A stretch of DNA of 64,000 bases from Eledone cirrhosa. Its lineage: Eukaryota. Numbering within the stretch: the first letter of the stretch is position 1; each line of letters opens with the position of its first letter. The stretch is taken from positions 744,001-808,000 of the forward strand of contig OZ024751.1 of the NCBI GenBank assembly GCA_964016885.1. The letters are read 5' to 3'. The notes under the pieces were generated by a model, which saw nothing but the letters and a program-made list of their open reading frames with translations, ran no database searches and was not told the DNA's origin. Positions 8,949-21,270 of the stretch are shown piece by piece. Made by a program: the position numbers and the translations under genes.

Positions 8949-11483
8949 GTGGCCCTCCCCCGAATGTTTGTGCGGAAAAGGTGTTCAGCCTGGTGTGTCT
9001 GCAATTGACGTTTATGGCGGATTTTAATTTAATTATTTCCGCCGCCTCAGCCAGGCATAATCTGCAGTGGTTTCTGTCACTGGGGAGTTGTCACGCGTCT
9101 TTTCACCGACCACGGGATCTGGGGTTCAATATTCCTGTCCTTGAGGTCCCAGATCAAATCGGCCAGTCTGGTTTGGGGTCGTTTCAGTCTATGTTTGAAG
9201 GAGCTTCTGTGGTTATACCAGCGCTCCTTAAACGTAGTGGATGTCGCACCTATATATGAGTACTCCTTATTGCCGGCTGTGACATCACACCAGTAAACAA
9301 TATTTTTAACGAGGCACTCCCCGTTTAGTGGGCATTTGGCCCGTTTTTTGCCGTTGCAGTTGGGTGTAACCGGTGTGGTGGCACGTTGGCGGTTGGTGTC
9401 ATGCGGTGTGGGTCTGGTGTGTGGGTTGTTGTGTTGTGTTGTGTATGTGGTTTCGTTCTGGGTTCTGGTAGTGGTTTGTTGTGGGGAAACCATGTGTTTT
9501 CGTATTTTTGCCCTATTAGTGTGTGCTATTGTGTGGCCTAGATTTGGTGTGGAGAAAGAGAATTTTACGGTGTGTCTATTGAAGAGCTTGTGGTATTTAT
9601 ATGTGCGTGGAAAAGATTGTTCGAGAGCCCCGAAGAAGGTTCCCGGTATGTTAGTGGCGACGTGTATAGAATATGGGGCGTTATACCATGTGACAGGTCT
9701 ACTTCGGTTTCTGCGGTGTTTAGTGAGGTTTTTGTGGTTGGGTGGTAGTTTGTGTGTGTTTTGGTTAGGCGTGATCAGTGTGTTTGTGTCATAGTGGTTC
9801 CAAGTAATCTATTGGCGTTATGTCCTTTGTCTCTATTGGTACGCAAACGTGTGCGATAGTCGGAGTCGTTATTGGGGTTGGAGAGTATGGCTTTATCTCC
9901 TAGACAGTTATGTGTGGCGCTGTCTGCCCTCCGGCTACGGAGGGTCTTAGGTTATTGTTTGTCCTAGGTGTGGAGATTTCTTCCATGTTCGTTTCTATGG
10001 GTCCTGCTATGTTTAGCGGTGTTACGGTTCTATTTGGGTCGATGTAAGAAATCTTCTCAGTATAACCAGCGTTTACAAGTGCAGAGTTGTAGTATTCCGC
10101 GTGCTGTTTGAAGATGTTTCCATTAGCCGACAGGGTGGACACTCTATTGGAGACGCTTTTAACTATTGAGTTAATTATGCTCCTAGGGTGGTTGGAATGT
10201 CTGTTGACGTATTTAAGATTTTCATTAGGTTTGTGGAATGGACGGTAGAGGCCTAAGTCTAATTCTAGGGTGACATCTAAAAAGTTTACTGTCCTATTGT
10301 TACGTTCAATTTCTACTGCTAAACCTTGGGTCCTAAAGATGTACCTAAGTCGTTTGTGTAGTCTATCTAATTGGCTATTATTGAGTCCACGGGTCAATAG
10401 TAGGGCATCGTCACGGTATAAGCCACCGCCCAAGGAGGGGATCTCGTCTGTTAATATATTTAGGAGGTATATGCCTACTATATCTGTAACCTGTGCGGAG
10501 TCAGTCGATCCCATGGTGATGTCGAAGCTATCTGGTCCATTCTGTCGTTCTCACAATCTTCCGTCGCATTCTAGTAAAGTTTTCCTAGCTGTTATTATTA
10601 TGTCCACTTCCTTTCTAGTGAGGCTTGATCTATTCATGACTGAGATCAGTGCCTTGTTAAGGATGATTGGGGATATAGATGCGTAGTAATTCGAAATGTC
10701 CAATTGGACTAATCGAACATTCGACTCAGTTTCAATGGCACAAAACCAGTCGATTACCTCCTTTGTACAAGACCATAGGCTGAGTTTAGTTCTATTTCTA
10801 AGTTCAGGTGTAATTCGGTCAATGATTGATTTGCTAAGTCTACCTAGGTCCGATTTGGAAGGGGCTATGAGCCTGACCGGTAGTTTTGACTGGAAGTCCG
10901 GTTTATGGTCTTTAATAGATAGTCTCGGTGTCCTAGGGTTGTAGGGATGTGTTCTGTCGTCAATACTCAGTTCGGTCATTATTGTTTTTGCCTGTTTGTT
11001 TATGTGTGCTAGGTTTTCTCGTGTTGATGTTTTGTATATTTTAGCAATTTCGTTTGTAATGCATTTGTTGTAGGTTTTGTACTCCAAATTGTATAGGTTT
11101 CCTGTTTTATCGGCTGGTATGATAATGCCAGTGCTATTCTTGATCTTTTTTATGGTTGAGGCGAGCCCAGACAGGAATGCACTTCTGTCAGGGTTTCGCG
11201 GTGGTTTCCTGAATCTAATGGTCCGGACCATGGTAATAATCCTGCTCTCAAACTCCTCTAGGAGTGGGTTGTGCGGTGGGTTTTTCGTTGATTTAAAAAG
11301 TCTTTTTATGTGGTTGGTGGAATCGTCATTTAATCCAGGGGCCCTCCTGTTGTTGTAGTGGTAGGCCCTCCAACGGATCCTCCTGATGAAATTATTAGTC
11401 TGTTTTAGTAATAGGCCCATGTAGACATCTTCCGAAGGTATAGGTATGTCCTTTAGGGAGGAAGTGTTGTAGAACAATTCCAT
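8928..11483 (-). pseudogene. Penelope-like RT + GIY-YIG polyprotein, disrupted
   Basis: Motifs KDIPIP, PADKTG, KDHKP..PVRLI, DISNYYASI, MGS, LYRDD, NFLDV, SNHP, WYNAPYS, CPLNGEC and VY..YIGAT. There is an in-frame TGA at 10551, frameshifts in the linker near 9800-9900, and a frameshift near 9080. Confidence 0.92.
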
Positions 11484-11623
11484 GGTGTTCCAGGTAAGCG
11501 CTCGACAAAGAAAGGAGCTAAATATCCAGGGGGTGTAACTTGGAGTTTCTGCAGGTTCACCCGGGAGAGCACTCGATGTTTAGGTTCACTTCTGTGATGA
11601 GGTGTAGAGCTATACAGAGTGTA

Positions 11624-11827
11624 ATATATTGAAAGGATAACAAGGACGATTGATTACTCCTTTATTGATAGGTGACGCGCGTTTCGCCACTGATCAGCTC
11701 AAGGTTCAATCTGTATCAATCCTACCCAACTCAATAATCGGCGGCTTGACGGACCCTTTTAAAATGCTATAAGAAAATGAAATACATGCTATGCGGTAAA
11801 GTCAGAGTTTCAAGAGTTTGACAAAAT
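11624..11827 (-). repeat. 5' pseudo-LTR of Penelope-like element A
   Basis: Direct repeat of 7094-7304. Confidence 0.9.
11670..11756 (-). ncRNA. Second copy of the variant hammerhead (core CCGUCAA, probably CpG-decayed)
   Basis: Same fold as 7147-7233 with a G8A change. Confidence 0.6.
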
Positions 11828-11837
11828 ATATATATAT

Positions 11838-13104
11838 ATCATCATCATCATCATTTTACGTCTGCTTTTCCCTGCTTGCAAGGGTGGGATGGGTCCTATT
11901 CAGCTCAGCATCTCTCTACTTGTCATGATCCTTCGTCATCTCCTGCGTGAGCTTCAGCGATCTGAGGTCTGCTCTCACCACCTCCGCACATGTTTTTCGT
12001 GGTCTTCCTCCACTGCGTCTTCCTTCTACTTGATTTCTTGGCACTTCTTCACCCATCGGTCATCCTTCATGCTCATCACATGTCATACCATCGCAGTCTT
12101 CTCTCCCGCACACTACAACTTATCCCTCTTATACAGAGTTTCTCTCTCAACTCATCTACGCTTGGTCAGTCACGCACATTGACATTACATAACCAATGGA
12201 GCATGCATGCTTCATTTCTCTCTAGCGTCGCATATCCTCTGCAGTTGATGCCCATGTCTCGCTACCATGCAGCATCGCGCATCTCTCACAGGCATCATAT
12301 AACCGGCCTTTCGTATGCAGGGAGCAGCTCCCTAAACTTCTTCCAACCCATCCTTATTCTAGATACTATGGCCTCGGAACCCCCCCCCCCCCATGCTAAT
12401 CTGATCACCTAGGTATTGGAAGCTATCAGCCACTTCTACAGAACCTACCTGCATTTGAAAAATTTGTCTATCACTGCGACTTCTATTGTCAAATTTCCCT
12501 GTACATCTGCATATATAGTTTTCCCTACCTGTTAATTTGCCTGTTATCCCACTACATCTGCATTGTGTACATTTTATAGAATTTATGCTAGTTCCTATTC
12601 TACATATCGAACATGGCCATTTCCCTGATGGAATCAGAGTTTTGTCCTCTTTTCTACTTATCAACACTTTTGTCTTAGCTAGGTTCACTCTCAGTCCTCT
12701 TGATTCCAACTGCTGTTTCAATAGCCAGAATTTATTCTCTAGATCCTCTACTGATTCTGCTATAAGAACCAGATTGTCAGCATAGAGAAGTTCCCATGGG
12801 CAGCCACTCCTCTGTTATGGCTTGGAGGACTATAATGAACAGGAGCGGGCTGAGGACCAAACCCTGGTGTAGTCCTACTTGTATCTGGAATTCTGCACAA
12901 AACTCCATTCCTACTCTCACTTTACTGACAGTACCTCTGTACATAGCTTGCACTGTTCTCACAAGCCATTCCTCCACACCTAGTTTCCTTAGGGACCACC
13001 GGAAGACCGATCGGGGGTACCTTATCAGGAACCTTCTCAAGCTCAACGAAAGCTAAGTATGGTGGCTTATTCTTTTCTAAGAACCTCTCTTGTAGTTGTC
13101 TCAC
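11838..13104 (-). mobile_element. Older RTE subfamily copy, 5'-truncated and decayed, with (GAT)n tail
   Basis: Fragments RQLQERFL..YLAFVELEK, LRKLGVEEWLVR, GLHQG, GLRVNLAKTKV, WPCSIC and FQYLGD; (ATC)n at 11838-11854. Confidence 0.92.
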
Positions 13105-15514
13105 TGAGAAGAGGAAAGCATGGCGGGATGGGGGAAGTAGAGAAGACTATCACGTTGCCAGGAGGGAAGCTAGGAGACAAGTGTACTTCGCAAGAAGGGA
13201 AGCAGAGGAAAGAAAGTTCAAGCATGTTCTACAACGCGAGGACCAAAAACGTGAGGTGTTCAGGATTGCTAGGCAATGTGTCAAGGAAATCAGTGATATT
13301 GTCGGGAAGAAGTGTGTCCTAAATGATGATGGTGTACTTGCCCTCACTGATGCTGATAAGAAGGTAGCTAGGAAGTGTCACTATGAAAGGCTACTAAATG
13401 AGAAGAATAATTGGGAGAAAGACAGTCTCCCCCACATCGACCCAATAGAGGGACCAGCAGTGCAAGTTGAAGGTAGTATAATAAGTAAGGCGATCAAAGA
13501 CATGAAGATGGGTAAGGCGGCCGGGTCTTCGGAAATAGTTGCCGAAATGCTGAAAGCATCTGGAACGGTGGGACACACTATGGTCACCCGGATAGTAAAC
13601 CAAGTCATACAGAATGGGGTCGTTCCGAAGGACTGGTGCAGCAGCATCATCATTAACTGCTACAAGGGTAAAGGTGATGCCCTAGTTAGGGGAAACTATA
13701 GAGGCATTAAATTAATTGACCAGGTCATGAAGGTCACGGAAAAAGTAATAGCGCAGCTAATCAGAGAGTGAATTGATCTAGATGAAATGCAGTTTGGGTT
13801 TGTGTCAGGTAAAAGTACAACAGACGCTCTTTTCATTGTACGACAACTACAGGAGAAGTACCTTGCTAAAAGTAAACCCCTATACTTAGCTTTTGTTGAC
13901 TTGGAGAAAGCCTTTGACAGAGTACCCCGCTCGATTATCTGGTGGGCCCTTAGAAAACTAGGTGTTGATGAATGGCTTGAGAGAGCTATACAAGCCATGT
14001 ATAAAGAAACACTCAGCAAGGTTAGAATTAACAACGAATATAGTGAAAAGTTTAGCGTAAAAGTTGGTGTTCATCAGGGCTCCGTCCTTAGCCCCCTACT
14101 ATTTATTATTGCCCTTCAGGCTATAACAGAGGAGTTCAAGACCGGCTGCCCATGGGAACTCCTATATGCAGATGATCTAACGCTCATAGCTGAATCAATG
14201 GCTGAACTAGAGAAGAAATTCCATTCCAAACATGGAAGCATGGCCTAGAATCAAAAGGCCTTAAAGTTAACTTGTCTAAGACTAAAGTTCTAGTTTGTAG
14301 GAAGGAAAATAGGGCACCGGTCCCATCTGGGAAATGGCCATGCTCAGTGTGTAGGAAAGGAGTAGGTAGAAACTCCATTTTATGTCCCAAATGCAAAGTA
14401 TGGGTACATAAAAGATGTAGTGAGATCACAGGTAAGCTAACTAAGAATATAGATTTTATATGTGGCCGGTGCTCTGGTGCAATACGTAGCAGCAAGTGCC
14501 CACAGAATACTAACTCATTCCATTGCACAGATGGTTCTATAGAAATAGTGGACAGCTTCCGTTACCTGGGTGATAAAATCAGCAGTGGGGGAGGGTGCTC
14601 TGAAAGTACAGTAGCTAGAGTCAGAACGGGATGGAAAAAGTTCAGAAAGCTTATACCACTATTGGCCGCTAAAGGGTTCTCTCTAAAAATGAAAGGCAGG
14701 CTGTATGATGCCTGCATACGAACAGCAATGTTACATGGCAGTGAGACCTGGGCATTGTGTGCAGAGGATATACGCAGACTAGAGAGAAACGAAGCTTGCA
14801 TGCTCCGCTGGATGTGTAATAGTAATATACGTGAACGGCAAAGCATAAACGAACTAAGGGAGAAATTAGAAATAAGAGGGATCAGATGTTGTTTACTCGA
14901 GAGAAGACTACGTTGGTATGGTCACGTGATGCGCATGAAAGACGACAGCTGTATAAAAACGTGCAGGGCAATAAAAATAGACGGTAGCCATGGAGTAGGC
15001 AGACCCAGAAAAACCTGGGACGACTTGATAAATTCCGACCTCACACACTTACACCTCTCCAAGACAATGTCACTGGACCGAGAGCTTTGGCACTACACAG
15101 TAATAGAGAAGACTCGCCTTACCTAAGTACAAAGAGAAACCTACTACAGTCAGTAGGCACCTCTAACAAAATACACCCCGTCCCACTACCCCACCTCATT
15201 CACACCACCCCTTTCAATGTAAAGTTATGTTGGTGTCACAACATCCAGCCCTAAACAAATGGGGTCGTGTAGGTGTCACGACAAAAAACACACAGTCCAC
15301 GCTGTAATGTGGCCATGTAGGTAACACGGTAAAAACCTCCCAGCCCCACACTGTAAATGTGGTTGGTGTTAGGAAGGGGATCCAGCCGTAGAAAACCCGC
15401 CAGACAGTCCTATGCGAGCAAGACAACCACTCTTGCCTCAAGTGGGAAAACTCGCGTCCAAACCCATGCAAGCGTGGAATAAGGACGTTAAACGATGATG
15501 ATGATGATGATGAT
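13105..15514 (+). mobile_element. RTE-clade LINE, 5'-truncated, same family as 3231-5318
   Basis: Three ORF pieces (13181, 13787, 14272), a stop at 13769-13771, an ATTCC duplication frameshift near 14220, and a (GAT)7 tail. Confidence 0.97.
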
Positions 15515-15719
15515 TTATATTCATATATAAACTTATCAATAGGCTGGTCATGTAGTCATAGGCGAGGCAAGCAGAGTTATCTCCCTTGTTTTGGTCTATA
15601 ATACATTACAATGCTATATAATGGAGGGTTTTGTTTTTTTTTCTATTTCATCTGAAGGGGAGGAAATATTAGGATCTCATGTATTTCTCTGGTGGTATGA
15701 TATAACTGTAGTATATTAC

Positions 15720-15960
15720 ACCTTTGTGTGATACCACTGACTGGTTTCTTGTATCTCTGTGTAATACAGCATATCACTGAATGGTTTACTGTACCTCTGT
15801 GTAATACAGTGTACTAGTGAGCAGTATACTGTACCTCTGTGTAATACAGCATACCACTGTGTGATACAGTAGACCTCGGTAAATTTCACCTCTGCTTGAT
15901 ACAGTATACCTCTGAGTGCTATATTCTACCTCTGCATGATATTATGTATTACTCTGTGTT
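15720..15960. repeat. Degenerate ~40-bp minisatellite
   Basis: TA(T/C)CTCTGTGTAATACAG recurs at about 15752, 15792 and 15832. Confidence 0.7.
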
Positions 15961-16029
15961 ATAATGATATCTTGTACGACTGTATAATATTTTAATATTT
16001 AATATGACATTTTTCTCTATCAACTTTAG

Positions 16030-17088
16030 GTCCATAAAATTCTGCTCATTGCCTGCTGTCCAAAAATCCTGGAAACTTATGATTATATTATGAAAGATAC
16101 CAATGTCCAAGTGTGTTTTCCTCGTAAGGTGTCTGCTGAAGCCCTAAAGGCATTTGTTGATTATCTTTACAGTGGATCCCTAAATCTCAGTAAACCCATC
16201 CTCGATAGTATGGAGTACCTTTCAGGTATGCTGGGTTTGGATGATATTCGTCAGTTGTGCAGTCAATTTCGATTAGATTTATTCAACGACTCCAACAATG
16301 TGCCGGATAAGACCATAGTAAATGTTAGTCACTCTCAAAACACTTCAGGGCTCCATCTTTCTCTGTCTAATCCCCCATCAACACCACCACCACCAATTGT
16401 TCGTCTCTCATCACACACATCATCGTCCACACCAAACTTACAGATGTCCTCTTCTCCCCACTACCAAGACAAACGGAGATTAAGTTACTCACAGAAATCT
16501 TCTGAAAACAGGTACAGTATTTTACCAGAACAGTCTACAGAACCAGATGTTATGAATGTTAACTCAATAAAGCTGGAACCAGAAGTTGATCTAACAGTTG
16601 ACGACTGCACGGAAGTAAAGCAGGAAATAGCCATGTACCAAAGCAGTGATGATTGCCAGTTTGGTTCTTGGTCACAGATTGATTCCCAAAGTGATGACTC
16701 CTTATCACTTCGTAAAAAGAACGACTCCACGAATTTTGACAGCCAAACCACAGTTGATCTGAGTGTAACGCCTTTAAAATCTTTCACGGGTCATTCGCAG
16801 AAGTCTGCTAGACACGAAGACCCAGAACTACAGAGTGTCATAACTATATCCCCTTCAAATTCTCCGCTTCATTCTCCAACCTCTGTTGATTCTTCTCCTG
16901 AGGTACAGACTTTTGATGTTGATTCAGATGCACCAAGCGTAAAGACTCATGTGAACCCTTACCCTGTTGGTTTAGTCATGGTTAACACACACAATCTATC
17001 GTTACCAGAAAATACTAGAAAAAAGAAAAATTCTTTTGAGGACTTTGAAGTAGATTTTGAGTGCAAAAAATCGAAAATAACTCTTTGA
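16030..17088 (+). CDS. Exon of a BTB/POZ-domain protein (ZBTB/BTB transcription-factor-like), apparently terminal
   Basis: Polypyrimidine tract plus TTTAG acceptor ending at 16029, then in-frame VHKILLIACCP...LKAFVDYLYSG.L...L..LGL..I...C (BTB). A Ser/Pro-rich tail follows with IKLE and VKQE SUMO-consensus motifs, and the stop is followed by AATAAA. Confidence 0.88.
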   Translation, partial: VHKILLIACCPKILETYDYIMKDTNVQVCFPRKVSAEALKAFVDYLYSGSLNLSKPILDSMEYLSGMLGLDDIRQLCSQFRLDLFNDSNNVPDKTIVNVSHSQNTSGLHLSLSNPPSTPPPPIVRLSSHTSSSTPNLQMSSSPHYQDKRRLSYSQKSSENRYSILPEQSTEPDVMNVNSIKLEPEVDLTVDDCTEVKQEIAMYQSSDDCQFGSWSQIDSQSDDSLSLRKKNDSTNFDSQTTVDLSVTPLKSFTGHSQKSARHEDPELQSVITISPSNSPLHSPTSVDSSPEVQTFDVDSDAPSVKTHVNPYPVGLVMVNTHNLSLPENTRKKKNSFEDFEVDFECKKSKITL

Positions 17089-17104
17089 TGATAATTTGTT
17101 TGTA

Positions 17105-17115
17105 AATAAAATAAA
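17105..17115 (+). terminator. Overlapping AATAAA polyadenylation signals
   Basis: AATAAAATAAA about 16 bp after the stop codon, followed by a T/GT-rich tract. Confidence 0.5.
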
Positions 17116-18537
17116 GATTTTGGTTGGATGTTTTTTCTCTGTTTAACATGAAAATAACAAGTGTTTTATGGCTATTTTCCCAACTAAACCAGGGTTTAGA
17201 TCTTTTTTTTAGGCAAGGTTTTACAGCTGGATGTCCTTCTTGCTGTCAACCCTTTTAGGTGCCTTTTACAACACGCAGGGATACAGTGTACCTATTCCAA
17301 AACATATACAGTACACAGTCATGAAAATAGTATTAAAGAATGGCTATTATAATGATGAAGTACACATCACTGCCGTCTTTTAAGTTCTAGATTCAGCTGT
17401 TTTTGTATGAAATATAATTAAAACAGTATAGTATTTGTCGATAGAGTGCTTTATGGTATTTGTTGCAGCTCTCTGCTTTCTCTGAGTTCAGATCTTGCCA
17501 AGATCAACTTTGCTATTCATTCTCTTGAGGTCGATAAAAAAGTACCAGTCTAATACTGGGTCAATTCTTCCTCTGAATCTCTTTCTCATTCGCTCCCTGT
17601 CACTTTCTAATCCTTCTCTGGAAGAAATCTGCTGTACTCAGGCCTGGAGCGATATGGGCTCCGCCAGGCTTAAAATGGCCAAGAAACACTGTATGTCAAT
17701 AAGGTGCCCCTACAACTCTATCAGGAGTTGCGGGACCATACCATACCATAATATTTGACATCATATTTAAAAACAAAGCAAAGCAACTGTTTGTAAATGA
17801 TATATACACATTATATAAAATATACACCCCAAAGTGTGTATAAAATATTTAAAAACTCTAAATGTCTTTAACTTTCCTCCTGAATGGTTTCTCTAAATTT
17901 ACTCAAACAAAACTATTTACAAAGAAAGAAAGAGTGGTATATAATTTTAAAAGCTAATTGTTGTTAAGGTCAATGGCTTGGTGTTTAGAGTGTTGGGTTC
18001 ACAATTGTAAGGCCATTGTTTTGATTCTTGGTTTGGGTGTGCCGTTGTGTCCTTCATGCTGCTCCATGATTAGACGAGTTGGATAGACCATATCTTGTTC
18101 ATGCATTCCATATTTGGTATAGTTTCTATGGCTTGAAGTTCTTCCTAACACCATCCACTATTACTCTTCAGTCTGGCCAGACGTATGACAAAATACTCTG
18201 GTGCTGGTGCCATGATGAAATACACTCAGTACACTCTGTAAAATGGTAGTGCTGGTGCATTGATAAAGTACACCCAGGACACTCAGTAGTGTACTGGTTG
18301 CATTTTATCATGGCGTCACACTACCATTTTGCAGAGTGTACTGGGTACATTTTATCATGGCACCAGCACTATCACTTTACAGAGTGTACTTGGTGCATTT
18401 TATCATGTCACCATCACTAGAGACGTTTGACCTGACAGAAGAGTCTTCTCTACTTATATTGTACATTCTAAAGCTGAATGCCGATGGCATGATGAGGCTC
18501 TGAGCTTTGCATTAACTATTAATATTATTGTGTTATT

Positions 18538-18760
18538 GAGGGTGGTGGATTGGCAGTATTGGTAGAGCGTCAGACACCATACTTTGCAGCATAGAATTGT
18601 GGCCCTTTACGTTCTGAGTTCAAATCCCGCTGAGGTTAGCTTTCCTTTTCATCCTTACTAGGTCAATAAAAAATAAAGCTCCAGTAATGCACTGGGGTTG
18701 ATTTAATCGACTTTCCTCTCTCCTCCAAATTGCTGACCTTGTGCCTAAAATAAAAATCAT
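18538..18760 (+). mobile_element. tRNA-derived SINE (family 1)
   Basis: A box TGGCAGTATTGG, B box GAGTTCAAATCC, central CCTTTTCATCCTTAC..GGTCAATAAAA; many copies in the window. Confidence 0.85.
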
Positions 18761-19373
18761 TCGATAGTCGATCGACAAGATTCCAGACCTTATTCGCTTA
18801 ATGAGTGGGGTGGAGCTAGTCAAATCGAACCGAGGAAACAATGTTTCCATTGGTCTTTCCAATTGCTAATACTATCTGTCAGTCGCAACTCCAGGCAGAA
18901 GGAGCAAAGTGAAATAAAGTGTCTTGCTCAAGGACATAACGCATCACCTGATCCAATTCTCTAACAATTCAGCCACACACCTTCACTATAGAAATCATTG
19001 TTATTTCTCAACTCATCCAAACAACAAACCAGCAGTTGATTCATGGTTTCAACTGGTTCATTCTCACAAAAAGCAGATATATCCTAATTCTAGTGATGAC
19101 ACCATAATAAAATGCACCCAGTACACTCTGTAAAGTGATTGGTGTTAGGAGGGGGCCTCCAGTTTTAGAAACTCTGGCGAAAGCTTTGACAGGACTCTTC
19201 AGTCACACTAAGAACATGACACCCTCGCTAGTGCTGGTACCACAATAACATGCACCCAGTACACTCTGTAAAGTAGTTGGTGTTTGGAAGTATATCCAAC
19301 TGTAGAAATGAAAAAGTGTTTGCCCAAATCTTTGTTATATTTACTGTTTGATCATATCGACTAAATGCCTTAA

Positions 19374-19591
19374 CCCTTTAGCATTTAATCCGGCCGTATC
19401 CGGCCAAAATTCTTTCATCTCTTTCTGTTCAAACTGGCCTTAACTTGCCACTCATACTGATGTTAAGGTATTGTTCTCAAAATAAATATCAAAATTTCAT
19501 AGATTTGATATTATGTGAGATAATTATGTAAGGTAAAACCTTTACCATGAAAATATAATAGTGTAAATAGAGTAATGTAAATGTTAAAGGG
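19374..19591. mobile_element. piggyBac-type MITE
   Basis: TTAA|CCCTTTAGCATTTA...TAAATGTTAAAGGG|TTAA. Confidence 0.88.
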
Positions 19592-19878
19592 TTAAAGGTG
19601 AAAGTCTGATGATTGAAATTAGCAAAAGATTAAAAGAATATGGAAATGATTTTCTTCTTTATGGCGAGAGTACAAGCCAGAAAATATAAATGTTTCTATG
19701 TAGAGAACCAATACTCAATAGCGTTTGTATATTATGCTGTTTTGTTTGTAGACCACAAATAGAATGGACATTCATTTGCATCAATGAAGAATGTTCCAGT
19801 TGTTTGATCAATGAGGCAGCCAGCTCATGAAATTAACATGTATGTAGCTGAGTATTCCACAGACACGTGTTTCCTTAA

Positions 19879-20288
19879 CCCTTTAGCATTTAAACCGGCC
19901 ATATCCGGCCACAATTCTCTCACCTCTTTCTGTTCAAACCGGCCATAACCGACTGTTCATACTTATGTTAAGGTATTGTTCTCAAAATATATAGTTGTTT
20001 CTACTTTTGGCACAAGGCCAGCAATTACCCCAGTGAATGGTGCTTTATTTTATTGACCCCATAAGGATGAAAGGCAATGTTGACCTTGGCGGGATTTGTA
20101 CTCAGACTGCAAAGGGCCGTAACTCTATGTTGCAAAGCATGGCGTCCGACGCTCTACAGATACTGCCAATCCTGTTTTCAAAATAAATGATATTGAAATC
20201 TCGTAGATTCAATATTATGTGAGATAATTATGTGAAATAAAGTGATTACCATGAAAATACAATAGTAAGTAATGTAAATGCTAAACGG
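19879..20288. mobile_element. piggyBac-type MITE with nested SINE
   Basis: Same TIRs and TTAA flanks as 19374-19591; interrupted at 19993-20172. Confidence 0.85.
19993..20172 (-). mobile_element. SINE family 1 inserted in the MITE
   Basis: Flanked by the duplication TGTT(C/T)TCAAAATA; the empty site is seen in the 19374 MITE. Confidence 0.85.
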
Positions 20289-20967
20289 TTAATGTAATTT
20301 TCAGGAAGATTCAGCATGGCAATGTATGTGATAAGGTTGGCTATTTGAATTACAGATAAAGTCTATCTGACTGATTTTCCATTTTCCCAATTTCATTCAC
20401 AAGGCATGGGTCAACCTGTGGTTATAGTAAATGACACTTGCTCAAGACGCCACTTACTGGAAACAAATCCAGGATCTAATGATTGCAAAGCAAATTCTTT
20501 AGGGAGTCCTAGTGCTTCCTTTGTGGACCCTCTAGTTGGGCACTACTGGCATAGAATTGAATTGTTTTATTTAGCTCAAACATTCGGTATTCAACCATTT
20601 TTATAGTGAATGGGGGGTTTCCAGTCTTCAACAAAAATATAAAACAAGATTCTTGTGATGGAAGTAACAATGGGTGTAAGACTTAATCTGTTGACAAGTT
20701 TAACACTATCACGTGGCCCTTGGATAAGTTATCGTAAGCATTTAGGTCAGGCCCCCAGTTTTGAAGATACCCTCCTCCATCAGTCTTTGAGGCCCTAAAA
20801 TGTGTCAGACACTGCCCTTTATTCTGACTAAACAGTGATAAAATAAAAGGGTTTTGTAGCAGTTAGGGATATAACCCCTTTTGTGAGCCTATTTCTAATG
20901 AAACACACTACCTATATGTTTCAATTTATGTTGAAAATAATAAAAAAAATTGGAGGAAATACTTAAA

Positions 20968-21270
20968 CTAGGATTTTTGCAACATGCTGACGCATATGTG
21001 CATATGTATATGTGTGTGTGTATGTGCATATGCATACATTTATATGTATGAATATATAAACGCATAAACACACACACAAAACTATTCACAGATATACCAC
21101 ACATACATGCACACACACATACACATATGCTCACACAGCGTAGCAAATGGAATGTCAGCCGGTTTTGCTATAGTTTTATCACCATCCCCTTCCTTTTACA
21201 CACACATTCACACAAACATACACACATACGTGTGACAGACGTACGGTAGTCGCTCAAATTTATATATAGA
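20968..21270 (-). mobile_element. Non-autonomous Helitron
   Basis: On the minus strand: A|TCTATATATAAA..., a subterminal hairpin (ATGCGTCAGCAT), then CTAG|T. Confidence 0.65.

Larger units (their letters stand above)
7094..11827 (-). mobile_element. Penelope-like retroelement A, full-length structure with direct pseudo-LTRs, in (TA)n
   Basis: About 200-bp direct repeats at 7094-7304 and 11624-11827 flank an RT + GIY-YIG ORF; both ends lie in TA runs. Confidence 0.92.

Noticed and set aside
10551-10553. In-frame TGA in the Penelope RT as possible selenocysteine or readthrough
   Set aside because: It most simply derives from TGG (GRLW). The element has other disabling frameshifts, and no SECIS was recognised.
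18538-18630. tRNA gene (A and B boxes)
   Set aside because: No cloverleaf; it is the tRNA-derived head of a multi-copy SINE.
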